From Eledone cirrhosa (lineage: Eukaryota): 64,000 nucleotides of DNA. The position numbers and the translations under genes were made by a program. Below, piece by piece: positions 14,996 through 31,734 of this stretch (position 1 is its first letter; each line of letters opens with the position of its first letter). The notes below the pieces were generated by a model. The model did not search any database. It saw only the letters and a program-made list of their open reading frames with translations, and had not been told where the DNA came from. The stretch spans positions 155,062,001-155,126,000 of the forward strand of contig OZ024742.1 of NCBI GenBank assembly GCA_964016885.1, read 5' to 3'.

Positions 14996-15210
14996 TCAGT
15001 GAGGCAATATGAGAGGTAGAATGGTGGGGGAAGTGATATTGAAGAAGTCAGCGGATAAAATATGAATACAGATACACATAAACGTGTATACATATATATA
15101 TATAAACACTCAACAAATGATACGTTTATGTTTATCTGTATTCATATTTTATCTGCTGTCTTCTTCAATATCACTTCCCCCACCATTTACCTCTCATATT
15201 GCCTCACTGA
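14996..15210. repeat. Inverted repeat, about 90 bp arms
   Basis: TCAGTGAGGCAATATGAGAGGTAGAATGGTGGGGGAAGTGATATTGAAGAAG... is the reverse complement of ...CTTCTTCAATATCACTTCCCCCACCATTTACCTCTCATATTGCCTCACTGA. Confidence 0.85.
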
Positions 15211-15863
15211 TTTACCTTTTACTCTTTCCTCAAAACTAAACATTTCCCAATCAAACTACCTCCTGTGTGTAATGGTTCTTGCACATTTGTCATATCATTT
15301 GTGTTAAAAAGATAAATCGAGTACAACACTTCTATGATATACGTATATGTACGCATGTGTACGCATGTCTGTATATTTTCCATCAAATACATGCAGTAGT
15401 AATATAAAACAAATAGACGATATGTTAGTGATCGGATATATTTGTTCTGGAAACAAATTAGTGTATTTAATCTTTAAACGTTTCATGAATAGCCTAAGAG
15501 TCTATCCAATACTATTCGTATCATAATGTTTTTGACTAGTTTGTACGTTTAGGTGTTCCGAGAACCTGGCGACAGCCTTGTGTAAAGTTAGCTAGATGTA
15601 AAATTGGCCAATATTAAAGAGAAAGTGAAAGAGATGCAGATAGCCATGTATGATAATAGAAAGAAACGTATGAAATAAAATAAAAGGAAGTAATCGATAT
15701 GGATTCTTGCCAGTAATTTTCTGGTCTACTTTTTAGTACTTACTAATGAAAATGTATTGATTCGTTTGGAATGCTTACCAGGTCCCGTTTTCTTCAATTT
15801 TGCTTCAAATGTAAATATGTGTAGTAACTTTATGTAAACGAAGTATATTATTTGTCTATAACA

Positions 15864-16058
15864 AGGGCGGTGAATTGGCAGTATCGGTAGAGGTTTGAAC
15901 GCCATGCTTTGATGCATAGAGTTACGGCCCTTGCCATTCTGAGTTCAAATCCCGCCGAGGTTAACTTTGCCTTTCATCCTTACGGGGTCGATAAAATAAA
16001 GTACCAGTAATGCACTGGGATAATTGCTGGCCTTGTGCCAAAAGAAGAAACAATTATT
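15864..16058 (+). mobile_element. tRNA-derived SINE (main family)
   Basis: Full-length match to 1280-1478. Confidence 0.9.
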
Positions 16059-16353
16059 TGTATATAACAATAAATATAAGTCCTCGATTCGCAAAATGTC
16101 TCACTATAAACAGGATTTTCGTTAACGACATGATAAATAGGGAGGTTTCTTTAAAACCTGTCAATCCCTGTTTATTTTAAGGAACGAGAGATAACGACTC
16201 ATAAAGCGGCATTTAAACTTACAACACAGCTAGCCAGAACAAAAATTAAAAAAAGACTAATGACAACTAGGCTCTAACACTCTCTCCCCATCCTTACTCT
16301 CTCTCTATCTCTATCACCCCTTTCTCTCAAACTATCTCTCTCTCGCTCTCTCT

Positions 16354-16408
<55 letters not shown>

Positions 16409-16421
16409 TGTGTGTGTGTGA

Positions 16422-16655
16422 CAGCTCACACCTATGCATGATTAGCTGGCCTCCTCCAAAGTATATCTCGTTGGAGGTGTCTTAAGTAATTTAAAGATAG
16501 GGACCTCAGTCCTATCATCTCATGTCTACAGCTGAGTAAACTGGAGCAACGTGAAATGAGGCTCAAGGAAACAACACATCACTCTGTCCTACAATTGAAC
16601 TCACAACCTTTCGATTGCAAGCCCAATGCTCTAACCACTAAGCCATGCTCCTTCA
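16422..16655 (-). mobile_element. Second tRNA-derived SINE family (CORE-like body)
   Basis: Minus strand reads GTGAAGGAGCATGGCTTAGTGGTTAGAGC...GTGAGTTCAATT (A and B boxes), then TCCTTGAGCCTCATTTCACGTTGCTCCAGTTTACTCAGCTG. Confidence 0.7.
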
Positions 16656-16676
16656 CACATACACACACATGCACAT

Positions 16677-16707
<31 letters not shown>

Positions 16708-16829
16708 CATATGCATATTTATCATATATATATATATACATATGCATATTTATCATATTATATATATACATATGCATATTTATCATATATACAAACATAC
16801 ACACACACACGCACATACATACACCCCAT

Positions 16830-16925
<96 letters not shown>

Positions 16926-17067
16926 TATGGGTAGAGTATATTTAAAGCACAACATATTTAACACTATACGGTGTTTATTTAAAAACATTTTGAAGGCTTT
17001 TCGCTATGAATGTTAAGATAATGACGAATGTGATATACCGAGCTTCAGCAGCAAAAGCATGGGGGAG

Positions 17068-17186
<119 letters not shown>

Positions 17187-17992
17187 TGTATGTGTGTGTT
17201 GTCATATTTTAGGCGTAAAAGAAGTGTATCGTGCATTCCTAGATATCAAAACTTTCCATTATAATATTAATTTCACGTTTTGTGTCCTATGTTTTAACAC
17301 TGTTGTTCAATTTTGGGCGGAATCAGGCACAGTGATGAGGAAAATAAGTACCAACCTATAAGTAGAAAGCTTAAACGTGAATGGCCTTGATTTAAGCGCC
17401 TTAAATGTGTGTGGTCTTGTTCAAATACGAAGAATCAATACTTGGAAATAATCAATATATGCGAATACCAATGACTATAATGTCATTTGGAAGTGAAATA
17501 TATTGACTTAGCTGCGTACTTAAACCTTGCAACATGTCGGAAATAGATCTATATTTCAATTTCCAATAGACACCATTACAATGATAGAAATTGGAATATG
17601 TATAGAAAATAAATATTGTTAGAGTAACATTTGTTAAACATCAATGTTTGTATTCATGCGATTGTTATTTTTATTAAACCGTGCTCAACACTATTCTTGC
17701 GGACATCTTATGAAGTTTTTTCAGTCGTATCTCTTTTGTCTTCTATTCAGAGGCTGTGACCTTAGAATCATATAAAACACTGTATCCTACTAGATGTAAT
17801 TACGGGAATGTGGAATTTAAATATCATTCCGGTTTATCTCGCGAACGTCGATATGACACTCACTTATTGTGCGCTACCATTCAGTAATTCGTACACTCGG
17901 CAGCGATGACATTTCTGTAGATGTATAGATTAATATGGAATTTCATAATATTGGCACGCTTTAAATATTTCTATAATTATATAGGGAATCCT

Positions 17993-18135
<143 letters not shown>

Positions 18136-18136
18136 G

Positions 18137-18198
<62 letters not shown>

Positions 18199-18201
<3 letters not shown>

Positions 18202-18735
18202 TAAAATATAAAAGAGAAAACACAGGTAAGCATCAAGAGAAGGATTTTATCCAGATATTTACGACCGTTTCATTGGTAAGTGCAACATTATATTGCTATA
18301 CTGCAAATAGCAGCCACTCAATTATAATTGTTGTTCCGTTTGTCTCCTCACCTTCTAATTCCTCTCTCTCTATACTAGTAAATACAATTCCAAAAAAATG
18401 TTTTTCTCTATATATTAAGAACTATTTCAAGAGTAACTTACTCACTATTTTGAAAATTTGGACTGTGAACAACAATTATAATTGAGTGGCTGGTGTTTGC
18501 AGTATAGCAATATAAGGTTGCACTTACGAATGAAACGGTCGTAAATGCCTGGATAAAATCCTTATTTTAATCCTTACCTGTGTTTTCTCTTATATATTTT
18601 ATACTTTATACTCCAAGATTGAACGGATGTCTTACAAATTGTGGAGTTACCCCTAACCGTTCGTTGAAATCATCCATGAAACTTGCTTTCTTAACAACGA
18701 ACTGCATCACAATAAGCAATTTTCTGCTTCCCTAA
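18199..18735. mobile_element. Asymmetric inverted-repeat insert in (TA)n (family E)
   Basis: 18199-18335 is the reverse complement of about 18470-18605. GAAACGGTC is a hammerhead-like 3' half. About 130 nt of extra tail lies on the right. Confidence 0.65.
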
Positions 18736-18902
18736 CTATATATATATATTTATTTATCTCTCTATCTATCTCTCTATCTATCTATTAGCCTGACGATCTA
18801 ACTGTCAATATATTGATATCCATATCCATGTACTTTCAGTAACGAATTTATTTTTCGATAATATGCAATAAAATAACAATGCACAGATCCAAATATTTGC
18901 CC

Positions 18903-19169
<267 letters not shown>

Positions 19170-19659
19170 TAAAAAAATAATGAATAAAACAATGAAACAG
19201 TTCCTTATATTAAACAAAAAAAGTTCATTATTTAACGATCGTTTCTAGGATATATATGTGTTAGAATTGGTAGATTTATCTACATATATATATATATATT
19301 TATATATAGATATAGATATATATGTCTCTTTATTATATAGATTGATAGCTGGAGAATTAGATAGAATCATAGATAAATAGATACAACGATATACAGCTAT
19401 GTTATTAAACGGATAATTATAGAAAGAGATTTGGAATAAATACGGTAATGGATTTAAAGGTTTTAAAATATAATGGTAATGGCCAGATTGTCAAGAGCAA
19501 GGAAAACGGAGGGTTCATGCACTTTTCACAGTATGGTATACCTAAGAATTATTAAATAAATTATTTATTACTCTAAACTCCTTCATTTTGAGGCGTACTA
19601 GACTAGTCAATAGATAGATATATGTATATGTGTGCTTGTTAGGAGGACATTATTGACAT

Positions 19660-19845
19660 GGATTGGCAGTTTCGGTAGAGGGTCCGACGCCATGCTTTGA
19701 CGCATAGAGTTAAGGCCCTTGCCATTCTGAGTTCAAATCCCGCCGATGTTAACTTTGTCTTTCATCCTTATGGGGTCCATAAAATAAAGTACCAGTAATA
19801 CACTGGACAATTGCTGGCCTTGTGCCAAAAGTAGAAACAATTATT
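19660..19845 (+). mobile_element. tRNA-derived SINE (main family)
   Basis: Matches the 1280 copy. Confidence 0.9.
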
Positions 19846-20750
19846 GACATATGTATCTATTACTTGACCACATATGTCTCACCGTTCTCGTGTGCAACAT
19901 AAGTGAAGCTTTAGACACATGTGGCCTAAAAAGCTTTCTTTGTAATGCAATGGTAGAGATGAATTTTAAGGCTAGTCACTCTCCCGAAAAATATATATCA
20001 TGACATATATATAATTATATATATTTATTTATCCTTGTGTGTGCGTGTGTGTAATTGCATAATTGTTTATGTTTTATGCAGTTATGAACTAAAATCCCTG
20101 AATGCGAAAATTGATATGCTGTGATATTACAAATTTAAGTTTGAACTATATTAGCAAAATATATTGAAAAATAATTTATTAAATACAAAATAATCTTTTG
20201 TTATAAATCCATAAATTTAAAGCCATTAATAAGAAGAAATTTCTGCATTATTTTTTTTAATGTGAAGAAAATTAATATTTTAATTAATATTTTAATTAAA
20301 ATTAATTAACTGCTCTACATTTTATATGTAATGAAATTTGTTTTGGCCTTTATAATGAGCAGTTGAACTTTTGCAGCGTATTAACATAAATTATTTCATT
20401 AAACAGAAAATAGAATCTGAAAGTATAATCATATCCTTCTTTACCTTCAACCCAACACACAATTTCTTACAAAATTTCTGTTGTTTCTTATTAAAAGCGT
20501 CCATTGTATTTCCACGCCAACCATACAATACGGTTCTGCTTTAGTATCCCTGAAATGCTTCTACATTAGTTTTAAATGTATATTCGCAACGTTATGTGGA
20601 GAGATGTGTTCAAGAATTACTTGTATTATTCCTCTATGCATGTAAGTATGTATCCATACATGCATGCATGTATGAATGAATGGATGGATGTATGTACGCA
20701 TATTTCTATGTATGTATGTATATGTGTATGTATGCATGCACATTTGTATG

Positions 20751-20804
<54 letters not shown>

Positions 20805-20902
20805 CATGCATCCACATTCGTATGTATACGTATTTTACATTTGTACAAGCCTATAGACAAATGCAGATATATAAAACACATGCACAGAAACGCAAGCGCA
20901 TG

Positions 20903-21072
<170 letters not shown>

Positions 21073-21103
21073 GTGTATATATATATATATATAAATATAT
21101 ATT

Positions 21104-21134
<31 letters not shown>

Positions 21135-21143
21135 ATATATATT

Positions 21144-21205
<62 letters not shown>

Positions 21206-21553
21206 GTGTGTATGTATGTGTGTTTACATGTATGAACGTTTGTGTATATGCATGTATATAGTTATGTACATATGAATGTATGTGTATGTGTATGCATAAT
21301 GACGTATTTAAATATTCCGAACAATAATTGTTTCGCACACAGTACTGGTGCGTAGAAAGTAAATGTTATTTTCTGGGAGAAATGTGACGTAGTGGTTTTA
21401 TTTATAAAACAGCTATTGAGATGAAACCTGGAATTCATTGCCCAGGAAATATAGTTTCCTCTTGTCTATCTAACTATATATCTATCCACCTATCAATTTA
21501 CCTCTCTCTCTATCTCTATATATATGTATTTCTCTCTCATATCTATCTATCTA

Positions 21554-21633
<80 letters not shown>

Positions 21634-22054
21634 CATTTGATAATATATATACATCATTTCCTCTCCCAATTAGCATAATCACCCACACATAAACCAATTA
21701 AACCAGACTATAAGATTAAAAGGCACATATGAAGAAATAGTAGATAAATAAACGACATCCATCTATTAGCGATCAACCGCTATAAAATATCTACCCAACA
21801 TTTCTATAGCACCTGGAAATCGATTAAATATACCATCAACCATACACAATTAGGTATAAAATTAAAGTTAGAAGAAAAAATGCATATACACATAACAGGA
21901 TTACGTTTCTAACCTTTAGGATTTCGTTCGCCATCGGAATTTATCAAGGATAAATTCTCGAGCTTCGAACTTAACAGGAAACAAACTCACTTGGAGAAAG
22001 ATTTTTCTTAAATGATGCCCGCCAGAAACGAATTCAAAATGGATAAGAACCGTG

Positions 22055-22094
22055 ACGTGTGTTTCTTATTGGCAACATGACCCTCCCAAAGTAT

Positions 22095-22166
<72 letters not shown>

Positions 22167-22590
22167 ATACTTTGTGTGGGTCATGTTTCCAATAAGAAAC
22201 ACACGCATCAGTGCTTTGACTCCAATGTATTATAAATTAAATTTATAAATTTAAGAATTTATAAATTTCCGGTTGGTTGGTTGGTTCCATAACCGGACGG
22301 TTGTTCATATATTGTCAAAGTTCTTTCGTCACACATTCTGACCTAGAGGTCACATAATGTGTGACGAAAGAACTTTGACAATATATGAACAACCGTCCGG
22401 TTATGGAACCAACCAACCCACCGGAAATTCATAAATTCTTAAATTTATAAATTTAATTTATAGTAAATTTGAGTGTATCATTTGGTGCGTCTGTTTCTTA
22501 TTGGCAACGTGACCTTCCCAAAGTATAACAATATCGGATTCAACACACGTTTTCAGATAAATAATCTTGCTAAACAAATACAGAAACGAA
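22055..22590. mobile_element. Palindromic family B pLTR insert plus adjacent family B end
   Basis: Arms 22161-22345 and 22348-22532, centred at CTGACCTAGAGGTCAC inside the hammerhead. Right tail to 22590 matches 12370-12430. Confidence 0.85.
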
Positions 22591-22658
22591 ATATATATAT
22601 ATATATATATATAGTGACGAAACATAAGTCAATTGCATGAACTCATAATCCTTTATTG

Positions 22659-22714
22659 ACTGCTATATATATTTCGATGATAGCCATTGAATGGCTACGA
22701 CCTCACCAGGCAGT
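22659..22714 (-). ncRNA. Minimal type I hammerhead-like motif (core variant CTGGTGA)
   Basis: Minus strand: ACTGC-CTGGTGA-GGTCGTAGCCATTCAATGGCTATCATC-GAAA-TATA-TA-TAGCAGT, followed by AATAAA. Confidence 0.5.
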
Positions 22715-23275
22715 TAGTCTGTTCTTATATATGCCAGCTCTGTGTTTATAGTGTTGATGGTCTCAGAGCTATATATATATATATATATAGGTTGGATCCA
22801 TTGCGGTGGATCAATGGTAGTGTCAACTCTATCACTATAGTGAAGATATGGAGCCAACCATCTGTGAAAAATGTGTAACGGTCGATAAACACACACAGAC
22901 ACATAAACATCTGTTTTTGTCTGTGTGTGTGTGGACCTCTGTGGCTGTCAGTATCTATGTCTATATGTGTGTATATGTGAGTATGCATTTCATGATTATT
23001 ACATACAAGATCTAAGATTTATTTCCACATTCAAGCGAAATTGTGAGTAAATGAAGATTCGAACAATAAGATACAAATATAATTTATTTGATTTTATGCA
23101 TTCTCTAACAAAATTAGCAGACTGGTGTTAATGAAAATAATTGAATAACTGTCACGTGTAATTTATTGAAGTCGCAATACATTTAAATCGATATAGCTGG
23201 AATATATATATATTTATTTTCTTTATTGCCTCTAGATTCAGACTAAATTAACGTAATGAAGACACAACGAATCAT

Positions 23276-23378
23276 TCTTCTTCTTCTTCTTCTTCTTCTT
23301 CTTCTTCTTCTTCTTCTTCTTCTTCTTCTTCTTCTTCTTCTTCTTCTTCTTCTTCTTCTTCTTCTTCTTCTTCTTCTT
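23276..23378. repeat. (TTC)n microsatellite followed by (CT)n and (TA)n
   Basis: Direct reading. Confidence 0.95.
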
Positions 23379-23390
23379 CCTCCTCTTCCC

Positions 23391-23805
<415 letters not shown>

Positions 23806-23835
23806 ATATATATATATGCGAATCAATTTTGTAAT

Positions 23836-23869
<34 letters not shown>

Positions 23870-23871
<2 letters not shown>

Positions 23872-24400
23872 AAAGTTTTATTTAAAATTGTTGGGTTACA
23901 ACGAGTAAATATTTTATAACCTATCTCTCCCACCTCGTATAATAGATATTACTCGATCTACCTCTTTTCTCCCACCACCTATATCTCTTTCTACCTCTCT
24001 TTATTTATTTTTTATTTCTCTCCGTATCCTTAACACTAAATAAATAAATAAATAAATAATTACAGTACCCCCTTCCCTCCTAAATCTCTCATTTGGTGTT
24101 TTCCTTTATCCATACATTTCTTCATCTTCTTCACCTTCCTCTCTAACTCTCCTTAGCACTATACACTTTCTTTTTTTATCTCCGTCTTTCTTTATAACTG
24201 TCCTTAACATTTTCACTACCATAACAACTTTTTAAATGGAAGTTGTAAAGTTTTAAGGTATGCCAAATTTATTTATAAAACTGTTTATATATTGTATTTT
24301 GTCTGAAGAGGGCATACCATAGTTTTAATATGATATCCCTGAAATATGTATAATGAAATAAATATGGTTTTAAAAATGTAGTTCCCATTTGTTTAATATC

Positions 24401-24480
<80 letters not shown>

Positions 24481-24743
24481 ATCAAATTTGTATTGGTGTA
24501 TCTATAGTACGTTTGGAACATCCAAAATATATTTGAGGTGACACGCAATATTCAATGATATTAAATAGATGGAAACCATATTTATAAAACCATATTTATT
24601 GTAGTATATACATTTCGTGGGTAACCAAGACAACATTACTACGCTTTCATCAGATAAGCGTACCAATGTTGTCTTGGTTGCTCTTGAAATATATATAATA
24701 AAATAAATATGGTATTATAAATATAGTTTCATTTATTTAATAT

Positions 24744-24748
<5 letters not shown>
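23870..24748. mobile_element. Two family C pLTR-type inserts
   Basis: CTGAAGA(24303)...GAAATATGTA and ATAAATATGGTTTT..CCATTT shared with 7430-7525 and 55880-55985. Second palindrome at 24548-24748. Confidence 0.65.
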
Positions 24749-24819
<71 letters not shown>

Positions 24820-24820
<1 letters not shown>

Positions 24821-25368
24821 GGTGGCTGCCAACTCGTTTTCGAGTACGGCCACTACTTTATATCCATGTAGGAGAACCCCTACCGATGCGGTGAACGAAT
24901 GTGACTTTTTAGTCCTGCCAGCGACTTGAAAACTCTGGTACAAAGACTACACTTGTGACCATTATTGACACATAGTGCAGGGCCCATGGTACCATGTGAT
25001 GACAAGTGCAGAGAGATCTCCAGATATAAAGCAATGCCTGTGCTGTGAAGCTTTTATAGTTAGCAAAGGCACTGCCCAAAGCCAGTCCCACTCTCTTAAC
25101 CAAGATGATATTTACCAAAAAGAAGAACAAGTCAACATCATTGGATACCATCAGGGTTGCAGGGTCGTTGGCGACTAAACTGGCAACCCCACCAAGTTTT
25201 CTTGGTGAGGAGGGTGACTTTGGACATCCTGCAGGACTAAAAACAAAACCTGTCAAAGGGCAAGGGAGCTCTTAAGAGTCAATAGCCATCCAAAATCACC
25301 GGGAGAGATGACCCCTTAGCCTTTGTCAAGGCAGAATTCTAGGAGAAGAAACACTCTGATATAACACC
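24820..25368 (-). mobile_element. Non-autonomous RTE derivative (5' UTR fused to 3' end) with inverted 5' segment
   Basis: 24820-25162 is collinear with 27387-27724. 25163-25368 is the upstream part in the opposite orientation. Minus strand encodes the HKCSLCTRVFKSLAGLKSHIRSPHR C2H2-like end typical of RTE-BovB. Confidence 0.75.
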
Positions 25369-25729
25369 TATATATATTATATAAACATATATACACACAC
25401 ATATATATATATTTATAAATATAACACAACGACGCACTTTATAGTTATTCTGCTTTCTAAACTTTAATAAGTTATATAGTAATGTAACAATTCAGAATCC
25501 TATATCAAAAATATTTCTTGAAAATATCTCTGTTATGTGATATAACAAATATCCATAGTGATATTGAATCTATTCCTGAAATCTAATTTGGACATCAATC
25601 CATTCAACAACAGCTACCTCTTATGCACATGCACATATATAATGGTTGTAAATGTATTCCATTATTTACAAACAGTTGCATGTTTATAAATAAGTCAATC
25701 TTGTTTAATATATGTTCATATATACATAT

Positions 25730-25826
<97 letters not shown>

Positions 25827-25827
25827 A

Positions 25828-27068
<1,241 letters not shown>

Positions 27069-27137
27069 AAAGAAAAAGAGATGAAATCTAAAATGCAAGG
27101 GGAGTCTTATTTCTTTTTTAAATATATATATTTATTT

Positions 27138-27184
27138 GGTTCCTTTACCGGTTTCGCAGTTCTTCTGCTTTTCAAAAGTAGAGT
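27138..27184 (-). ncRNA. Minimal hammerhead-like motif with U3-A8 core
   Basis: Minus strand: CTT-TTGAAAA-GCAG AAGAA CTGC-GAAA-CCGG-TA-AAG, then AATAAA. The CCGG loop is palindromic. Confidence 0.5.
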
Positions 27185-27386
27185 TGAGATGGAGGGTCTG
27201 TGGTTTATACTTACATACATATATATATATTATAAATATACATAACATATATGTATATTATATATATATACACATACACACATATATATACCTACATACA
27301 TCCAAATATATTATATATATATATATGGTTACATATTATATACATATTATATACATACATACTACCATATATATATATATATATAT

Positions 27387-27790
27387 GGTGGCTGCCAACT
27401 CGTTTTCGAGTACGGCCACTACTTTATATCCATGTAGGAGAACCCCTACCGATGCGGTGAACGAATGTGTCTTTTTAGTCCAGCCAGCGACTTGAAAACT
27501 CTGGTACAAAGACTACACTTGTGACCATTATTGACACATAGTGCAGGGCCCATGGTACCATGTGATGACAAGTGCAGAGAGATCTCCAGATATAAAACCT
27601 GTGCTGTGAAGCTTTTATAGTGAGCAAAGGCACTGCACAAAGCCAGTCCCACTCTCTTAACCAAGATGATATTTACCAAAAAGAAGAACAAGTCAACATC
27701 ATTGGATACCATCCGGGTTGCAGGTGTTATATCATAGTTTTCCTTCTCATAGAATTTTGCCTTGACAAATGCTAAGGGGTCATCTCTCAT
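27387..27790 (-). mobile_element. Non-autonomous RTE derivative, collinear copy
   Basis: ORF 27446..27790 ends HKCSLCTRVFKSLAGLKRHIRSPHR*. Near-identical to 24820-25162. Confidence 0.75.
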
Positions 27791-27883
27791 ATATAGGAAA
27801 ACGTATAACCCACTCTAATACCCTAAGTATTGAGTACTCTGGTGCGTTATGGTCCATCTGGTTCATTACCACAATACCTTCGT

Positions 27884-27952
<69 letters not shown>

Positions 27953-28838
27953 GTGAGTGTGACGGTATACAAACGTGTTTTGAGCGTGTGCGTTTCAGTT
28001 CGTTAAAATAGGGGCAGAGGACAATATAATAGTTTAATCATATTACTTATGCTCTCACTGAAATAGTCTTTAATGAGGCAAATTCAATTGAATTTCCTGG
28101 TAGTATCGATGATGTATTTCTTTGGTTAATATTAAAGAGGCCATATTCCTTTAGAATACATTTAGTACCGCTTGGGAAATTGGTGTTTCGGTATAAATTA
28201 ATGTGACAAAAAAATGAATGCCAAAAAAAATTAGAAAATTAAATCTTTGCGAATATTGTTATATAAAGTACATAACCTCAATAGAGTTGTCATTTATTCG
28301 TAGTCTAAGTGGGTTCATAATTGAAAATATTAATTAAATAACGAGTTAAAAAGAGAGAAGATTGACATCTAGAAAACAGATTTATAGTCGCTCTTAACTT
28401 AAATTTAATTAAAAATATAGCAATTACACTCTGCGCGTCTTTTCATGTTTTTGTTTTAATCTCAGTATGCCTTTATCAATGATATGTTTGTGTGTGTATT
28501 TTATGCGTGTGTTTCTATGTTCCGTGCAATTTTGTATTGGTTTATGATTGGTGGTTTATTGCTCAAATGATCGATTTAAATCCTTAAACATTCCAATTAA
28601 ATGATTTTGATGAGAATGTAAAAGCATTGCTTTCTAGATATCGTCATGTGCCAGTTAAGTAGAAGTGAAAAACAGCTTTATAATCCCATGCTATGAAATC
28701 ATACGTAAAATCACTTGGAATTTCTTAATTCATATCTCTAGCAATTATGGAGTTTTCGAAAATAGAATTATAGGTCAATTGATTCGGTGTCATACAAGAA
28801 CAACTAGTAACGCTCAACTCGAATAATGATGATAATAC

Positions 28839-28911
<73 letters not shown>

Positions 28912-29015
28912 TGTTTCTACTTTAGGCACAAGGCCAGCAATTACCCAGTGCATTACTGGTACTTTATTTTATAATAATAATAATAATAGCACTAATGATA
29001 TTATTATTATTATTT

Positions 29016-29071
<56 letters not shown>

Positions 29072-30126
29072 TGCCTTCACACATTTCACTGATTCGTTAT
29101 GTTCTTAGTAGGATCTTACAGTGCTGAAGTAGGGTTGCCTAGACACAGAGTGTACATTCACTTCTTAATACGCTTGAATCAATTTATTAGAAACGTTCAG
29201 ATGCTTTTACGTGGAGGTCAATGATTATATAACTGCGATAATAATTCCAATAATACGATAAACAGATAAGTTAAAAATAAAATGTTGAATACGTCACCAG
29301 AAAAATATAGATATATGTGAAAGATATTATATTATACCTTATAATAAGAAAAATATTGATCAACAATAATTGAGATGTTCATTTATATTCCATGAAGTCA
29401 AAAGTAATCTCTACAATAAATAAGCATTTCAATAAATAAAGGTTTCACACTCGAATGGAGACCAACCATTCTTCAAATAATCAAACATATCATGTAGTTA
29501 ATATAATCATTTAAATATGTATAACATACATATATATCCCTTAAGCATCTAGTAATTTTGAGATGTAAAAATATATGAGGTGTATATGTATCCATAAATA
29601 TTCAGTAATCTTTAAATCAATACTGCTTAGATTTCATGTGTAGCATCCATTTTCCACGCTAATGTAGATTGAAAAGTTTTACCTCTCTAAAATGGATTTG
29701 TATTCAGATTAGTTCTGATAATCATCTTCTGTATCAATTAGTAATTATGAAGAGCAGACGTTTATAGAAAAAATCCAACATTCTCTTAGAATTAGAAGAG
29801 TAGCCAGAAGTCATCTACTCAGTTGTATTATTTTCTCATGTTTATAGATAAATATAATTTAAAACTCCGTTTTAGAAAAGAAACAACGGACAAAATGTTG
29901 ATTATGTATCTATACCCGGAAACAATAGTCGCAAATATCTATGATGTTCCTTTCACAACCATATGCTTCAGAGCTCGATCCTATTGCTATGTCTGAAATA
30001 CGGTAGATTGTAACTGTTTGAATACATGTATATATGTATATACATAATAACTTGAAATACCCTAAATATCAATTGAACGTCTCTCTGAGAGATACGTACA
30101 CACACACATTTAAGGCTACCAGGATA

Positions 30127-30176
<50 letters not shown>

Positions 30177-30628
30177 CGGGGGGGGGGGGGGGGTTTATGT
30201 ATGTAGGTTTAATCAACGACTTTTCCTGGTATTGCTGGCATATAATTAAAACAAATTGTACAGAAAAAAGCAGCACAATTAAAAAAAACTCACTTGCGCT
30301 CATTAACTTATTCTACGATTAAATAGAATTCCTTCTTCTCTTCCAAAGGAATAGATGCATGGTTATTGCACATTTCTCTCCACTAGATCTCGTATATTGT
30401 ATGATATGGTATTTTCCCTTTATTTCCACGGTGGTCGTAGGAGTGCCGTTGTGGCATACATCATTTGTGCGTTATCATTTTAATCCTGGCAAAGGCTCCC
30501 CCCCCCCCCCCCCCCACCCCCCATATCTCAACACTCTAGATTATTCCACAAACTGATAGAAATTGAGAGAATCATAGATCGGAAGATAGAATGAGATATA
30601 GAGGAAGACTTTACCCGTGTACTAAATA

Positions 30629-30707
<79 letters not shown>

Positions 30708-30847
30708 AACGAAAAAAATGAAATGAAATTTCATTTCCAACTCTTAGTACGGCTGTTACTTAAATATAAGTATGTACACGTACATACATATATGTATACA
30801 TATATATATACATACTACTGTACGTCTGTATACATATATGTATGTAC

Positions 30848-30918
<71 letters not shown>

Positions 30919-31463
30919 ATATTTAGAAACACACAGATACATGCGGACACACACATATACCTGAATGCATCCACACCCAACCGTGAGTTAATGGTGCCAA
31001 CCTTACCGATGTTGCTCAATGAATGACTGGGACAGACCAATCGGGTTGAATTAGACTGAACCAGTATCAGAGATAAAAATACATTATGAAGAGAGAAGAA
31101 ACATTTAGATATAATTAGTAATAACATGTATCATACCTAAACTGCTCCTAGATTCCTCGACTACGTACTTTCGTGGCATAAACAAAAACAATACATCAAT
31201 AAAGATATAGAGTCCTTGCGAAGTCTGCCGACTTATCAAGAGGATACCTCATTTTACTAGCTTCAAGAACGCGTCTACACGACGTGAGAAAGAATCCCAA
31301 AAGGCGGAGGGGGAGATAGTCACGCGATATAACGGTCGAGAAACAGAGCTAAGCCTCTTATAACCCCGAAGAAAATACCACGGAGGCGGAGGGGGTATTT
31401 ATATCGAAGCCGTAGAAGAGGGGGTGAAGGAGGCGAGAAGTATGAGTAATGGCAGCTTTCCAG

Positions 31464-31574
<111 letters not shown>

Positions 31575-31697
31575 CATATATGACTGAATAAAGACTAAAA
31601 TTCATCTAAGAGTGGAACAGAAAAAGTGATTACTTAGTGAAATTTTCTTTGCATAATTGTGCTTTTTAAAATATGTAGTTGACACATATTCATCCAT

Positions 31698-31734
<37 letters not shown>

